DNA from: Octopus vulgaris
Taxonomy: Eukaryota
DNA: 64,000 nucleotides
Reading direction: 5' to 3'
Assembly: GCA_951406725.2 (NCBI GenBank)
Contig: OX597823.1
Span: forward strand, 97,402,001 to 97,466,000
Each line of letters starts with the position of its first letter. Position 1 is the first letter of the stretch. A program made the translations under genes and the position numbers. A model generated the notes under the pieces. The model saw nothing but the letters and a program-made list of their open reading frames with translations, did no database searches and was not told the DNA's origin. Positions 13,791-28,534 of this stretch are shown here, one piece after another.

Positions 13791-13970
13791 ACTTATATAA
13801 AATAAATAAACACTGACCCTAGTCATATGATTTTAGAATTTACTTTGCAACCATGTTGTTTTAGGTTCAGGCCCACTAAGTGGGTAAGTGTCTTCTATTG
13901 CTCCAGGCCAATCAATGGCATATGAATAAATTTGCTAGACTGAAACTGCAGGTATATATGTATATATACA

Positions 13971-14037
<67 letters not shown>

Positions 14038-14230
14038 GTTCATAATTATTGCGGATTTTTTCAACAAATTTTATCTAGCAAAAACAATAAAAATATTTAA
14101 TAAAAACATCTTTAAATGATGGTCTGACTGTCTGCCAAGCTAATCGTATACAATATATACAATATATATATTTTACAATTTTAATGTATATTACATACAT
14201 CTACCATAATATATATTATTTATTTATCTT

Positions 14231-14275
<45 letters not shown>

Positions 14276-14317
14276 TATATATATATATATATGTCTATAT
14301 ATATATTTATATGTATA

Positions 14318-14348
<31 letters not shown>

Positions 14349-15350
14349 GCACTTGCCCAAGGTGGCATAGTGCTCTGCAATCAAACCTGGGGTCTCATGA
14401 GTGCAGAATAAACTTTTGGATTAGATGACCTTATGCCTACACACACACACACACACATTTCCTTGTATTGGGGATTGCACAAGATGGGTAAGACATTAGC
14501 ATGAGTCAGTAGCTCAGTCAATGTTCAGTGAATTGTGAACACATTATTGACAATAGTCTTTACATTGGAATAATTAAATTTAATGGTGTTGGATTACAAG
14601 TAAGGTTGCATGACTAAAATGGATGGCTAGGATTACCTTGCCTTTGTGTGTGAGTCAGCCACATATATCTGGTATATCTGGGTTGTTAGTGATGAGAGGC
14701 TTAAAGTTTATTAACAGAGTGTATCTTTGGTGGAAACAATAAGATGATTCATTCTTCCTATTGATGCATATTGAAATATGTGTGGTCTCTCATGGAGACA
14801 GAGTTGGTAACTGCTTCAAGTGAATAAGGAGGGGCTATGTCAAGAATATTCCATTTGATACTGAGAAACCCATTTCAATGGTAACAGTGTTTCTAGATAA
14901 AGCAGGACAGGGAGACAGAGTTTTCCATCTTCCTGCATATAAAGGAATGCATGTACTGTGTATGCCTTTCTTTAAAGTTATTGGTTGTCAGCCTGTGTAG
15001 TTTTGTAATGCATCAGATGGTGTGAGGGTGGATCAGTAGATTACTGCTTTTGAAAGGCAGAAACCCTCCAGCTGGTAGGATTTCTGAAGTTACAGGCTGA
15101 ACTCTGGGTTGGAAGATGTGTAGTTGAGTGTTTGCATTGTTGTTGTGTGCAATGTTTGAAGTGATGTTATCTAAACAGGAGTAGCTCACCTTGACATTGA
15201 GAGGATTGAAGAGATTATATCTATGGATTCTAGAGAAATGCTTTTTAATTAGCATCAATAAGGTTCTAACACACATATACAGATGCATGCATGTGCATGT
15301 GCACACACACACACGCACATACACATCTGAAAAAATGAAAAGATTCTCAC

Positions 15351-15420
15351 CTTCATTTTCAATTTTCTCCATTTGTTTCAAATGATCTGCTATACATTGG
15401 TAGATAAATACATACTGGTC
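15351..15420 (-). CDS. R3 RPTP exon (DQYVFIYQCIADHLKQMEKIENE)
   Basis: cag / gtgag boundaries, 70 nt, phase 0-1; completes the QTExQY motif. Confidence 0.93.
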
Positions 15421-15496
15421 CTGACAAAGGTTGTTAAATAATAATCAGTAATCAGTAGGTTTGGAAATAATTACATAAGCATATACACTTTTGCAT

Positions 15497-15528
<32 letters not shown>

Positions 15529-16124
15529 GTGAATACATGCATGAACATGTCACTAGTCAATTTTACTGAATAGTATCCCATTAACTTGTAAGGTAGTCTC
15601 CCTGTAGAATCCCTGTGATACCATGTTAGAAGGTTGGGCTCTTTCAATTACATGTACCATGTATCCTAATCACGTCTACAGAGTTCTGTCTGCTGAATTT
15701 TCTCACAAGACATGGCCCATCTGGCGCTATGGCAAAACGCACTTTCCCAAGATTGCATAGTGCTCTGCAATCAAACCTAGAATCCCACGAGTGCAGAATA
15801 AACTTTTGAATAAGATGACCTTGTGCCTACACACACACACACACACATACACACACGCATACATATCTACATACATATATGAATCCATCCATCCTTTCCT
15901 CTATTCATCCACCTATTTTTCTTAATGGTTCCAAAGTGATTCAACAAGTGTTTTATTTTCATTTCTTTTCCCTTTACATCTGGTTCTTTTTGTACTCACT
16001 CTTTTCCTCTCATTCTCTATTTCTAATGAAGGTCTTATGTCCAAAACATTAATGACATTTCCATTTGTTAATTGAAGTCTATCAATGTAAAAGAAAAGTT
16101 TTCATTTTTCATCACCTATTTAAT

Positions 16125-16340
16125 ATTGGTTTCAAATTTCGGTACAAGGTCATCAGTTTTGGGGGAGTTGGGTAAATTGATTACACTGATCCCAGTGCTC
16201 AGCTGGTACTTATTCTATTGACCTAGAAAGATGAAAGGCAAAGTTGACTTTGGTGGAATTTGAACTCAGAACAGAAAGTTAGATGAAATGCCACTAAGCA
16301 TGTTGCCTAGTGTGCTAATGATTCTGCCAGCTCTCTGCCT
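16125..16340 (-). mobile_element. SINE (family B)
   Basis: GAGCTGGCAGAATC...CTGAGTTCAAATTCC; further copies near 23060, 30020, 37455, 49385, 50090 and 50820. Confidence 0.7.
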
Positions 16341-16702
16341 TCATCACCTTTTAACATCAGTAATTATAAGCAACTGTTCAAGCTAGACATTTGTAATGTA
16401 TACAAAGAAAGAAGAACTAACTGCAATCAGTCCAACCAATTAATCAGACATTGATCAATTTGCAGCTACACAATCTGTATTTGTAGCTTTTTGCTCATCC
16501 TATGAGCTGTTAAATGGAATTACTCTGTTCCCCATACAGGAAATAATACTTTGTTATGTTTAGTAAAGATAAATCCAAAGAACTCTTTGTAGTATGCAAA
16601 AAGAAATCTAATGCTCTATCAAGTGGAACTCAGGGTTTGGTACATACTGATGAACAAGAAGCTCCATTTATTTTTAATGATTTTAATCAGGAACCAACTT
16701 AC

Positions 16703-16838
16703 CTCAGTCTGTACCATATTTGGCCTGTGCTTTCTCAGTTCTAATATTAAGCCAAAGATATCTACTTCATGATGACATTGTATATGTTGAAGCAGTCTGT
16801 CAATGACAATGAATGTTCCTGTACGTCCGACTCCAGCA
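16703..16838 (-). CDS. R3 RPTP catalytic exon ([17 protein letters not shown]...MVQTE)
   Basis: tag / gtaagt, 136 nt, phase 2-0; P-loop and Q-loop. Confidence 0.97.
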
Positions 16839-17553
16839 CTAGAAAACATTGTTATAAAAAGATAAAAGTGGGAAAAAGAAGGAAGAAATTGTTACTACAT
16901 TGAACATGACATTATGTCTGGAAGAGTATCACTGATGCTGCTCTATGCCTTTAGTAAAGAGAATAAAATCACATTTAATGGATCAGTTTGAAATTGATGG
17001 AGGGGCAAAAATTCTTAGTGAGTCATGTATGGTTTTAAAAAATTATTACGTGACTTCATAAAAGGAAGAAAGTTAAGACCTACAATGTTTTACAACATTT
17101 CTGAGACTGATGGGAAGAAACTGTTCTTGGACTGGAAACCTGGCCTGAATACATGCAAAAAGTGGATGCTATTAAAGGTACCAAAGACCAAGCAATGGAT
17201 TACACCTATCACTTAAGAGCAAGTGTGGTTCTCTCAAATTTCTATCTATGAAATTTTACTCACAAGACTTTGGTTCACCTGAGACATACTAGCCCAAGGC
17301 GCCACATTGTTTGGATTGACCCAAACACCATATACTTGTGAAGTATACTTCTTAACCCAACTTGTGATAATAATAATTTTTCTACTATAAGTACAATGCC
17401 GGTCATTTTGAGGGTGGATATATATAATATTTTACATTATATTTTGACATTATATGCATTTTTATGGACCACGTCCAATATTTGCAGTTGTTCATTATTC
17501 GCAGGTGCTCTAGGAACATAACCCCAACAAATACTGGGGAACTACTGCATATA

Positions 17554-17965
17554 TTACTCTTTTTACTCTTTTACTTGTTTCAGTCATTTGACTGCGGCCA
17601 TGCTGGAGCACCGCCTTTAGTCGAGCAAATCGACCCCGGGACTTATTCTTTATAAGCCCAGTACTTATTCTATCGATCTCTTTTTGCCGAACCACTAAGT
17701 GACGGGGACGTAAACACACCAGCATCGGTTGTCAAGCAATGCTAGGGGGACAAACACAGACACACAAACATACATACACACACATATATATGTATATATA
17801 TACGACAGGCTTCTTTCAGTTTCCGTCTACCAAATCCACTCACAAGGCATTGGTCGGCCCGGGGCTATAGCAGAAGACACTTGCCCAAGATGCCACGCAG
17901 TGGGACTGAACCCGGAACCATGAGGTTGGTTAGCAAGCTACTTACCACACAGCCACTCCTGCGCC
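17554..17965 (-). mobile_element. SINE family A, full length
   Basis: Reverse complement of the 1205 copy, with head GGCGCAGGAGTGGCTGTGTGG. Confidence 0.85.
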
Positions 17966-18162
17966 TATATATATAATATTTGATAATAATTATGAAGAAT
18001 TAACATCTGAAATGTTGAAACTCTTTCCCCCTCTTTTAAATGTTAAGTTCATACTGTGCTTGTTAAACCTTGTCACTTCTATGTTGTTTTTCTCTTTTCT
18101 TTTATTGTTCACTGCATTTACAGTATGCACACACACAGACATACATGCATATATATATATAT

Positions 18163-18476
18163 GTGGAGGTGCTATGGCCCAGTGGTTAGGGCAACGGACT
18201 TGCAGTCGTAGGACCGCGGTTTCGATTCCCAGACTGGGCGTTGTGAGTGTTTATTGAGAAAAAACACCTAAAAGCTCCACAAGGCTCTGGCAGAGGGTGG
18301 TAGCGATCCCTGCTGTACTCTTTCGCCACAACTTTCTCTCACTCTTTCTTCTGTTGGCCTGCTCGCTTAGCCAGCGGGGTGGCATAATTTGAAGGCTAAA
18401 ACAATGTGAAGCGCATTGTGACCAGCGATGTGTAGCAACATCTGATAGCCTGGTCAGTCATGGTGATCATGGTGAT
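18163..18476 (+). mobile_element. tRNA-derived SINE (family C)
   Basis: A box TGGCCCAGTGG and B box GTTTCGATTCCC; related head on the minus strand near 35775-36025. Confidence 0.65.
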
Positions 18477-19051
18477 ATATATATACCTACATACATGCAA
18501 ATAGATCCATACATACATACGTGTATGTATATGTATATGTAAATATGTGTGTGTGTGTGCTCACACGTGTAGGAAGATTTAAGCAGTGTTGCTTTTGCCA
18601 ATAGATCACATCTCACTTAGCACCTTTGAAGTCATGTAGAATAAGGGATCACTTTCTTGAAAAACAGGTAAGAATTACTGTTAGGAAAAGTTGTAACCAA
18701 ATGCTTCAATAACTAATTCATCTAACCTATACTAGCAAGGAAAAACAGATGTAAAAAGGAAAGAAAATGAAAATGAATCCTCACACCACCACCACCACCA
18801 CTACTACCATTTCCATCCTCTTCCTCTTCCTCTTGATTATTATTATTAATATCCTGATTAATAATAATAATAATAATAATAATAAAGGCTGGAGTTAGTG
18901 CAAATGGTAAAGATATTAACTAAAAGCTATACAACATTTAGCTTCATAGCCTCTTATGAGTTCAAATCCTGTTTGGTTCAACTTTAAGTTATACCTATTT
19001 GGCATGGTTAAGATAAGTATACATACATGCATATATATATATGTATATATA

Positions 19052-19260
19052 TACTCTTTTACTCTTTTACTTGTTTCAGTCATTTGACCGTGGCCATGCT
19101 GGAACACCACCTTTTGTCGAGCAAATCAACCCCAGGGCTTATTTTTTGTAAGCCTAGTACTTATTCTATCAGTTTCTTTTTGCTGAACTGCTAAGTTACA
19201 GAGACATAAACACACCAGCATCGGTTGTCAAGCGATGTTGGGGGGACAAACACAGACACA

Positions 19261-19340
<80 letters not shown>

Positions 19341-19510
19341 CATATATACGATGGGCTTCTTTCAGTTTCCGTCTACCAAATCCATTCACAAGGCTTTGGT
19401 CAGCCCGAGGCTATACTAGAAGACATTTGCCCAAGGTGCCATGCAGTGGGACTGAACCTGGAGCCATCTGGTTGGTAAGCAGCTACTTACCACACAACCA
19501 CTCCTACGCC
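19052..19510 (-). mobile_element. SINE family A
   Basis: Similarity to the other copies. Confidence 0.85.
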
Positions 19511-19527
19511 TATATATATATATATAT

Positions 19528-20861
19528 ATCATCATCATCATCATCATCATCGTTTAACGTCCGTTCTCCATGCTAGCATGGGTTGGACGGTTCGACCGGG
19601 GATCTGGGAAGCCAGAAGGCTGCACCAGGCTCCAGTCTTATCTGGCAATGTTTCTACAGCTGGATGCCCTTCCTAACGCCAACCACTCCGTGAGTGTAGT
19701 GGGTGCTTTTTACGTGCCACCTGCACAGGTGCCAGGCGAGGCTGGCAACGGCCACGGTCGGATTGGTGCATTTTACATGCCACCAGCTCGGAAGCCAGTC
19801 AAGGCGGCCGGCATCGGCCACGAGTCGGATAGTGCTTTTTACGTACCACCAGTGACAGGGGTCCTGGCTGGTTCAATTCGATTTCGATTTCGCTTGCCCC
19901 AACATGTCTTCGCAAACAAAGGGGGTTGGCATGGGTGCCTGTCGTCGGTTGAGGTTCTATATCGACTTCACTTGCCTCAACAGGTCTTTGTGTCCAAGGG
20001 AGGAAAGGCATGCATAAGTGGGCTGGGCTCACTTGTCCTGCCTGGTCTTCTCACGTACAGCATATTTCTAAAGGTCTCGGTCACTGGTCATTTCCTCAGT
20101 GAGACCTAAAGTTCGAAGGTCGTGCTTCACCACCTCGTCCCAGGTTTTCCTGGGTCTACCTCTTCCACGGGTTCCCTCAACTGCTAGGAATTGGCACTTT
20201 CTCACACACCTATCTTCATCCATTCTCACCACATGACCATACCAGCGCAATCGTCTTTCTTGCACACCACAACTGATGCTTCTTAGGTACAACATTTCTC
20301 TCAAGGTACTAACGCTCTGTCGAGTATGTACACTGACATTACACATCCATCGGAGCATACTGGCTTCATTCCTCACGAGCTTACGCATGTCCTCAGCAGT
20401 CACGGCTCATGTTTCACTGCCATGTAGCATGGCTGTTCGTACTCATGCATCATACAGTCTGCCTTTTACTCTGAGCGAGGGGCCTTTAGTCACCAGCAGA
20501 GGTAAGAGCTCCCTAAACTTTGCCCAGGCTATTCTTATTCTAGCAGTTACACTTTCAGCGCACCCACCCCCACTACTGATTTGGTCACCTAGATAACCGA
20601 AGCTATCAACTACTTCTAGTTTTTCCCCCTGGAAAGTGACGGAAGTTGTTTTCTGCAGATTTTCGGAGGTTAATGCTCCTGAGCATCTGCCACATACAAA
20701 AACTATCTTCCCAGTTAGCCTACCTTTGACATTGCTGCACCCCTTATTTGTCCATAGCTTACACTGGGTACATCTTATAGAGTTTCTACCTACACCTTTT
20801 CTACAGATCGAGCAGGGCCATCTTCCTGAAGACCTTTGTGGATTGTCTACCTTCCTACTTG

Positions 20862-20865
<4 letters not shown>
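19528..20865 (-). mobile_element. 5'-truncated RTE LINE
   Basis: Cys-rich finger (CSICRKG..CTQC), YLGD, RRLRWYGHV; (GAT)n tail; both ends lie in (TA)n. Confidence 0.92.
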
Positions 20866-20921
<56 letters not shown>

Positions 20922-21023
20922 CATGCATATAGATACAATGTTCTCAAATCTATCAATTGTGTTCAGGTTCATCCTTTGGAAAATTGGAGCAGTACCTAGT
21001 CAAAAGACAAGATTTCTGCTTAC

Positions 21024-21175
21024 CTGCAGTGTACCAGGGTTGGTCCAGTATCTGTATAAGGCATATGTGTGCGAATTGTTTGCACAAAGTTGATCAGCAA
21101 TGATGTATTCTGAGGACAACCGAAATCTGGCCACTTCAAGAAGTGGAACTGTTTCACTTCTTTTGTAGTTTCACC
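21024..21175 (-). CDS. R3 RPTP exon with WPD loop (GETTKEVKQFHFLKWPDFGCP...PTLVHC)
   Basis: tag / gtaagc, 152 nt, phase 0-2. Confidence 0.96.
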
Positions 21176-23559
21176 CTAAGAATAAGCAAATGATATAATG
21201 AATTTAAAAAAAGAAAAAGACATACAAAGGAAAATGAAATAAATTTCAAAATAACTGAACGATTTTGCAATACTGAATAGAAGAATAAACTTGATTCTAT
21301 AGGAGTTTAATCATGTGTTAGGTGAGTTGAGTTCAAATTTTTGTAGGAACTGAGTTTACATTTCATTCATCTATTTTGATATCAATAAAATAATAAAATA
21401 CATTAATATTTTAAATTTGAGAAAGTTATTCTATATCTACGTCTCTTAATCTAAATAGTTCTTGTGCTTTGTAGAAAATAATCAGCAAATAAGATTACAA
21501 TTTTTCCAACTACTAAACATGTTCTCTATTTAGCAAATAACTAAGTCCATCTAAGTTACATTCTTTTTAGAGATGTCACAAGGTATTTACAAGAAATGTC
21601 ACAAGGTATTCATATTGATTTATGCTTATACACAGGGGCACAGAATATGTACAAGTTTATGCATAGCGTCTGTTTACTGAATTTATCTCAAAAGACATAG
21701 GAAAAGAAATTGTAAATAGGAAGCAAAACCTAGAACTGAGAAATCTTAAGGCAAATCTAACAAAGACAAAAGTTTTAATTTGCAGGATAGAAGACAGAAT
21801 TCTACTGCAATTTGGCAAGTGGCCATACTTGATGAACAGAAAAGGGGCAGGTAGGAATTATTTTGATGTACCTGTTGTAAATTATCAAACCATAGAAGAT
21901 ACTGTGAGATCACAGGAAGAACAACAGTAAAGAACTTGAAATGTAGATGTGCAGGAATAGTTAGCCATAACAGCAACTATCAACTAAATTCTTTCAAATA
22001 CTCAGAGGGTTCCCAAGAAGTAGTTGACAGCTTTCATTACCCATGAGGCCTAATTAGGCTCTAAAAGCATAGCCTACGTGAGTTACAAAATATTTGTGGT
22101 GTTATTACATCTGCTGATGACAAAAGAAATCTTTCTAAATGATGAGAATCTTGTATGATGCTTGTGTACAAAGTGTGATGTTACATGCTATCAAAACAAT
22201 TAAATTTGGAGGATGTGAGAAAATCGAAATGTAATGAGGTGAACATGTTCCACTAGATGTGTATGTTAGGATGCAAGAAAGAATATAATGCAAGACATAA
22301 GACGAGTATAGACATATAATGTATATGGAGTGTGACAGTTGAGTATAGAAGAGTCAAGCTATTCAAGTGAAAGGAGTCTGCAGAAGAGTAAGTCCAGGGA
22401 AGATATGAGAATGGTGAAGCTGATCTCACGAAGGTTAGATACTGTACTGGGGAAGCTCCAATCAACCTATGGATAAATGAATGTTAAATGATGATGATGA
22501 AGACAATGACACTCTTAGGTTAAGATACTTTTGATTAAGATTTCAGTGTATTCATTAAATTGTATCAATCTATATAACATTGACGAACAATACCTATCAT
22601 ACCAAAATCTTCAGAGAGTATGCAGGCCATTTGATTGTCTATAAACAGGTAGTTTCAATTCATTCTACATTAATTGGCTGCGTTGATCCAATTGAATTTA
22701 CACTATCTATGTCGATTCTGTAAATACCTAACAGCTATAAAGTTTGTATGATTTTTTTTAATGAATTAGTCAAAGAAAGAAGAGCAGCAGTCATTACCCT
22801 TTACAGGGCTTCCATGACTGATGGGAAGGAGAGAGAAAGTTATTATCAGATTGAAGATCTGGCCAGAATGTGTGCAACAGTGTGGGGCCAGCTAAAGGCA
22901 CACAAAGGCCATGCAATATTGTTGAAATGGACGATGGGTTAAGTGCACCATTCAGTAATATTTTAAAAATAGGTACAGTATACCTATTTGAAAAATTATT
23001 TATTAGGAGAGTGGTTACTAGTAAAACTTGTTGATATTTGAACCACTAATAAGATGATGAACTGACAGAGTTGTTAGCGCACCAGACAAAATGCCATGGA
23101 GAATGTTGTCCATCTTTACATTCTGAGTTCAAACTTAGCAAAGGTAAAATTTATCTTTCATCCTTTCAAGGTTACTAAAATAAGCACTAGTTGAGCACTG
23201 GGGTAATTGACTTACCTACTTCCCCGATCTTGTGCCAAAATTTGAAACCACTATTTGAACCACTTATCTTTCTCTTCACTTATAGTGGATCTCAACTCAT
23301 TTCCCCATTATTATCCTTGTCAAAAGTCTCTCTATGTGCTGTAGACAGGAAACCTTAACCTTCACGATTTTTTTGACACCTCACAGATCACCAGATTAAC
23401 ACCAAATAAGTTGGTGCATACAGTCAATTCAAGAGCAGCTGCTGATTTACTTCTGATCAACTCAGCAACATACTGGATTGTTTTAACCCTGGGTTTGCTA
23501 GATCTAGAGTTATGATGCTGCTTTTTTTTTTAACATAAGAGCTTACTGCTGTTGCTGCT

Positions 23560-23755
23560 GTTGTTGTTGTTGTTAAGCAATAAGACGGGTAAGGGTGATT
23601 AGGTGATGGTTTAGGGCTTAGAGGTGGGAGACCCCAGACCTCGAAAAAAAAAACTTTGATCGTCTTGTTGTAGTTGAGGGCTCTTCATTGATACCTGACA
23701 CCACTGGGAGGTGGCCACCGAAGTCACTGGAAATGGAGATCTCCAGGTCCCAAAT
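23560..23755 (-). repeat. ~200-bp dispersed repeat with (AAC)n tail; probable LINE 3' end
   Basis: Inverted copy at 44982-45175. Confidence 0.7.
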
Positions 23756-24384
23756 CTTGGCTGCTGCTGCTGCTACCTTTACAACTACAACAAGGAACAA
23801 TAGCAAACCAACTATAGCCTAAATTAAGGGTGTCAAATATATGACTTGTAGATTGGATCTGGCTTTATCAATGTTCCAGTCTCTGGCTCAATTTTATTAA
23901 AAAATTTTTTTTTTTTAATTGAAATATTATGTAAAATAATATATTATTAGCATGCATCTTCACTTGGAGTCAGAACCTAACCAAGGTTGTAATTAACACT
24001 GGTATCAACGTTTCATCAAGCAATAGTTTTCTCAACAATAGTATTCATTCATACAGACAATTTCTGTCTCTTTCCTCATTCAAAAGATTCTTACTTAACA
24101 GGGCTGTACATATACCATGTGGTTTTTTTACACACCCCATGACGCATGCAAACACCTCACATGTTTTACTTAATTGGTATTAAAATTGTTATACTGTGTA
24201 TTGATCTCATTATCCATTTACTTGCATCCACATTAGGAATAGGGTTTACTGAATTCTTATTTAGTTGAAGTTAAGATTTCAGTTCTTGGATTTTTGCTTA
24301 ATTCCACCACCTTGACATTCAAAACCATATTCTTTGATTCTAAGCCTCTAAATAAAACAAAAGAAACATTGCAACATTGCTTAC

Positions 24385-24507
24385 CATATTCACATCCATA
24401 ATTCTGATGACATAATCAGAAAGATTGGATTCTGATTTCAGCTGCACCACAAGATCACCAAAGTAAACTGGTTCAGATTTCTTTGGCCAGTAAACCTCAC
24501 ATTTGAC
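24385..24507 (-). CDS. R3 RPTP exon (VKCEVYWPKKSEPVYFGDLVV...)
   Basis: tag / gtaagc, 123 nt, phase 0-0; KCxxYWP motif. Confidence 0.96.
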
Positions 24508-24588
24508 CTAAAACAAAAAAGTCCAGCAAGTGAAACGTATAGAGGTGATAGACAATGCCACACACACATGCACACACACAGACAAACA

Positions 24589-24639
<51 letters not shown>

Positions 24640-25079
24640 GAACTACATGATAGAGCATAACAGTATACTATTGTAACAAAAGTTTCACAAGTTAGAAATG
24701 ATCATATTACATGCTACTACATGTTGCAACATGTAGCAACATGATGTTGCATGTATACACACAGATAGTAATGATATTGTATAGTAGACAAACCTTATTT
24801 GTATGTAACTAAGGTTCACCTTGATAAAAAAACATGCCAACCATGACTCTCCTGTTATATTTTTTTCTGTCTTAGTGTAATACCTAGGACTTACAGACCT
24901 GTCCTTCTCTTTTTAAGACAGTACAATATAATTTGAAGGATATTCTGCTGCTAATTCTGTGACAATAGAAGCTCCTTCATGCTTCCGTGAGATGCTACAT
25001 GTTATACAATGCTGTATCTGCAACAGTAAACATGCTTCATGATGTATCATGCACAAATTGATACTGTATCTTGCACAAA

Positions 25080-25621
25080 TTGACCTTCGAACATTGGGCC
25101 TTACCGAGGCAATGACCAGTGACCAGGACCTTTGGAAATATGCTGTGCTTGTGAAGACCTGGCAAGCCAAGTGAGACCATAATCTGTGGCCTATGCCAGG
25201 GGTGTAACCAGCTCACTTATGTGCACCTTTCCTTCATTTGACACTAAACTCTGCTTGCAAAGACCTGTTGAGGCAAGTGAAATCGAAATCGAGCTCTAAG
25301 AGTACCATACCAGCGAGATCGTTGCCAGAGCAACAAGCTGGCCTCCGCGCCGATGGCATGTAAAAAGGAATTCTTCGAGTATGATCATTACCTGCGTTGC
25401 CTTACTGGCACTTGTGCTGGTGGTATGTAAAAAACATTTGAGTGAGGTCATTGCCAGTGCCACTGGACTGGTTCCTGTGCAAGTGGCACATAAAAAGCAC
25501 CATTTAAGCATGGCCATTGCCAGTACTGCCTGACTGGCCCTCGTGCCATTGGCACGTAAAAACATCCACTACACTCTCGGAGTGGTTGGCGTTAGGAAGG
25601 GCATCAAGCTGTTGAAACTCT
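25080..25621 (+). mobile_element. RTE LINE 3' fragment
   Basis: Similar to the RTE 3' region at 13255-13690. Confidence 0.75.
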
Positions 25622-25961
25622 CCCTCAAATCTTGCCATACCACTTTGAAAAAGGGGAGGATAGACTGGATAGTGTAGTCCTAGTTATAAATATGATAGTC
25701 ATATCTGGAAAGACCTTTCACCATATGTCTGTTGAATCAGGGATGATTTGAGGCTGATTAACAATGATAGCAGTACTAATGGTAGCACCACATGGAAAAG
25801 AAGGGATGATATACATCAATCTTCATAATGTAGTTACAATCTTGATTATGATAACAATGAGGATGATGATGATGATGATATTCAGAACAATAATAGTAAT
25901 GATAACATGACTGATGATAACAGGGCAGTGAGCTGGCAGAAATGTTATATATATATATAAC

Positions 25962-26000
<39 letters not shown>

Positions 26001-26213
26001 CAAACACAGACGCACAAGCACACACACATATATATATACATATACATATATACGACGGGCTTCTTTCAGTTTCCGTCTACTAAATCCACTCACAAGGCTT
26101 TGGTCGGTCCAAGACTATAGTAGAAGATACATGTCCAAGGTGCCACGCAGTGGGACTGCACCCGGAACTATGTGGTTCATAAGCAAGCTACTTACCACAC
26201 AGCCACTCCTGTG

Positions 26214-26292
<79 letters not shown>

Positions 26293-26294
<2 letters not shown>

Positions 26295-28497
26295 CATCAT
26301 CATCATCATCATCGTTTAACGTCCGTTCTCCATGCTAGCATGGGTTGGACGGTTTGTAGGGGATCTGGGAAGCCAGAAGGCTGCACCAGGCTCCGGTCTT
26401 ATCTGGCAATGTTTCTACAGCTGGATGCCCTTCCTAACGCCAACCACTCCGTGAGTGTAGTGGGTGCTTTTTATGTGCCACCTGCACTGGTGCCAGGCAA
26501 GGCTGGCATCGGCCACAGTCGGATTGGTGCATTTTACGTGCCACCGGCATGGAAGCCAGTCAAGGCGGCACTGGCTTCGGCCACGATTCGGATGGTGCTT
26601 TTTACGTGCCACCGACACGGAAGCCAGTCGAGGCGGGACTGGCATCGGCCACGATTCGGATAGTGCTTTTTACGTATCTCCAGTCCAGGGGTCCTGGCAT
26701 CTGTCGGGTGCCAGTCATAGGATTGGTTCAATTTCGATTTCGATTTCACTTGCCCCAACAGGTCTTCACAAGCAAAGGGTGATGGTTTAGGTGATGGTTG
26801 GCATAGGTGCCTGTCGTCGGATGAGGTTCGATATCGACTTTGCTTGCCTCAACAGGTCTTTGTGTGTCCAAGGGTGGAAATGCATGCATAAGTGGGCTGG
26901 ACTCACTTGTCCTGTCTGGTCTTTTCACGCACAGCATATTTCCAAAGGTCTCGGTCGCTGGTCATTTCCTCAGTGAGACCTAAAGTTTGAAGGTCGTGCT
27001 TCACCACCTCGTCCCAGGTTTTCCTGGGTCTACCTCTTCCACGGGTTCCCTCCACTGCTAGGGATTGGCACTTTTTCACACACCTATCTTCATCCATTCT
27101 CGCCACATGACCATACCAGCGCAATCGTCTTTCTTGCACACCACAACTGATGCTCCTTAGGGCCAACATTTCTCTCAGGGTACTAACGCTCTGTCGAGCA
27201 TGCACACTGACATTACACATCCATCAGAGCATACTGGCTTCATTTCTCGCGAGCTTACGCATGTCCTCAGCAGTCATGGCCCATGTTTCACTGCCATGTA
27301 GCATGGCTGTTCGTACATATGCATCATACAGTCTGCCTTTTACTCTGAGCGAGAGGCCTTTAGTCACTAGCAGAGGTAAGAGCTCCCTAAACTTTGCCCA
27401 GGCTATTCTTACTCTAGCCGTTAAACTTTCAGCACACCCACCCCCACTACTGACTTGGTCACCAAGATAATGGAAGCTATCAACTACTTCTAGTTTTTTC
27501 CCCTGGAAAGTGACAGAAGTTGTTTTCTGCAGATTTTCAGAGGTTAATGCTCCCGAGCATCTGCCACATACAAAAACTATCTTCCCAGTTAGCCTTCCTT
27601 TGACATTGTTGCACCTCTTATGTGTCCATAGCTTACACTGGGTACATCTTATAGAGTTTCTACCTGCACCTTTTCTACAGATCGAGCAGGGCCATCTTCC
27701 TGAAGACATTTGTGGATCGTCTACCTTCCTACTTATTAGTACTTTGGTTTTAGCTAGGTTGACTCTAAGGCCCTTGATTCTAGACCCTCCTTCCACACCT
27801 GGAACTTCTCCTCCAGTTCTGATAGTGACTCAGCAATTAGAGCAAGGTCGTCAGCATATAGGAGCTCCCAGGGGCAACCTGTCTTGAATTCCTCCGTAAT
27901 TGCCTGGAGGACTATGATAAATAGGAGGGGGCTGAGTACTGAACCCTGGTGGACCCCAACCTCTACTTTGAATTCTTCTGTGTACATGTTGCCAACCCTA
28001 ACCTTACTTACGGCATCCCTGTACATGGCTTGCACAGCCCTTACCAGCCATTCATCTATCCCTAGTTTCCTCATTGACCACCAGATAAGGGATCGGGGTA
28101 CCCTGTCAAAGGCTTTCTCCATGTCAACGAAAGCCAGGTACAGGGGCTTATCTTTGGCTGGGTATTTCTCCTGCAGCTGTCTCACCAGAAATATGGCATC
28201 AGTGGTGCTTTTCCCTGGCATGAAACCAAACTGCATCTCGTCCAAGTTGACTCTCTCCCTAATCAGTTGGGCTATGACCCTCTCTGTAACCTTCATTACC
28301 TGATCCAACAGCTTGATACCTCTGTAATTATTTGTATCTAGGGCGTCTCCTTTACCTTTGTAGCAGTTGACTAGTATGCTGCTACACCAGTCATTGGGTA
28401 TGACTCCTTCGTGTATCACCTGGTTAACTATACGGGTGACTAGGCTATAGCCGACACTACCAGATATTTTGAGCATCTCTGCAGTAATTCCTGATGG

Positions 28498-28534
<37 letters not shown>

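Noticed and set aside
18163-18240. tRNA gene candidate
   Set aside because: Continues into a SINE body and the stems are imperfect; it is a SINE head
19700-19860. Repeated GGTGCTTTTTACGTGCCACC units with variable spacers, CRISPR-like in appearance; also 26460-26680 and 52830-53050
   Set aside because: Internal ~48-bp tandem repeats of the RTE 3' UTR; spacers resemble each other, the context is eukaryotic and there are no cas genes
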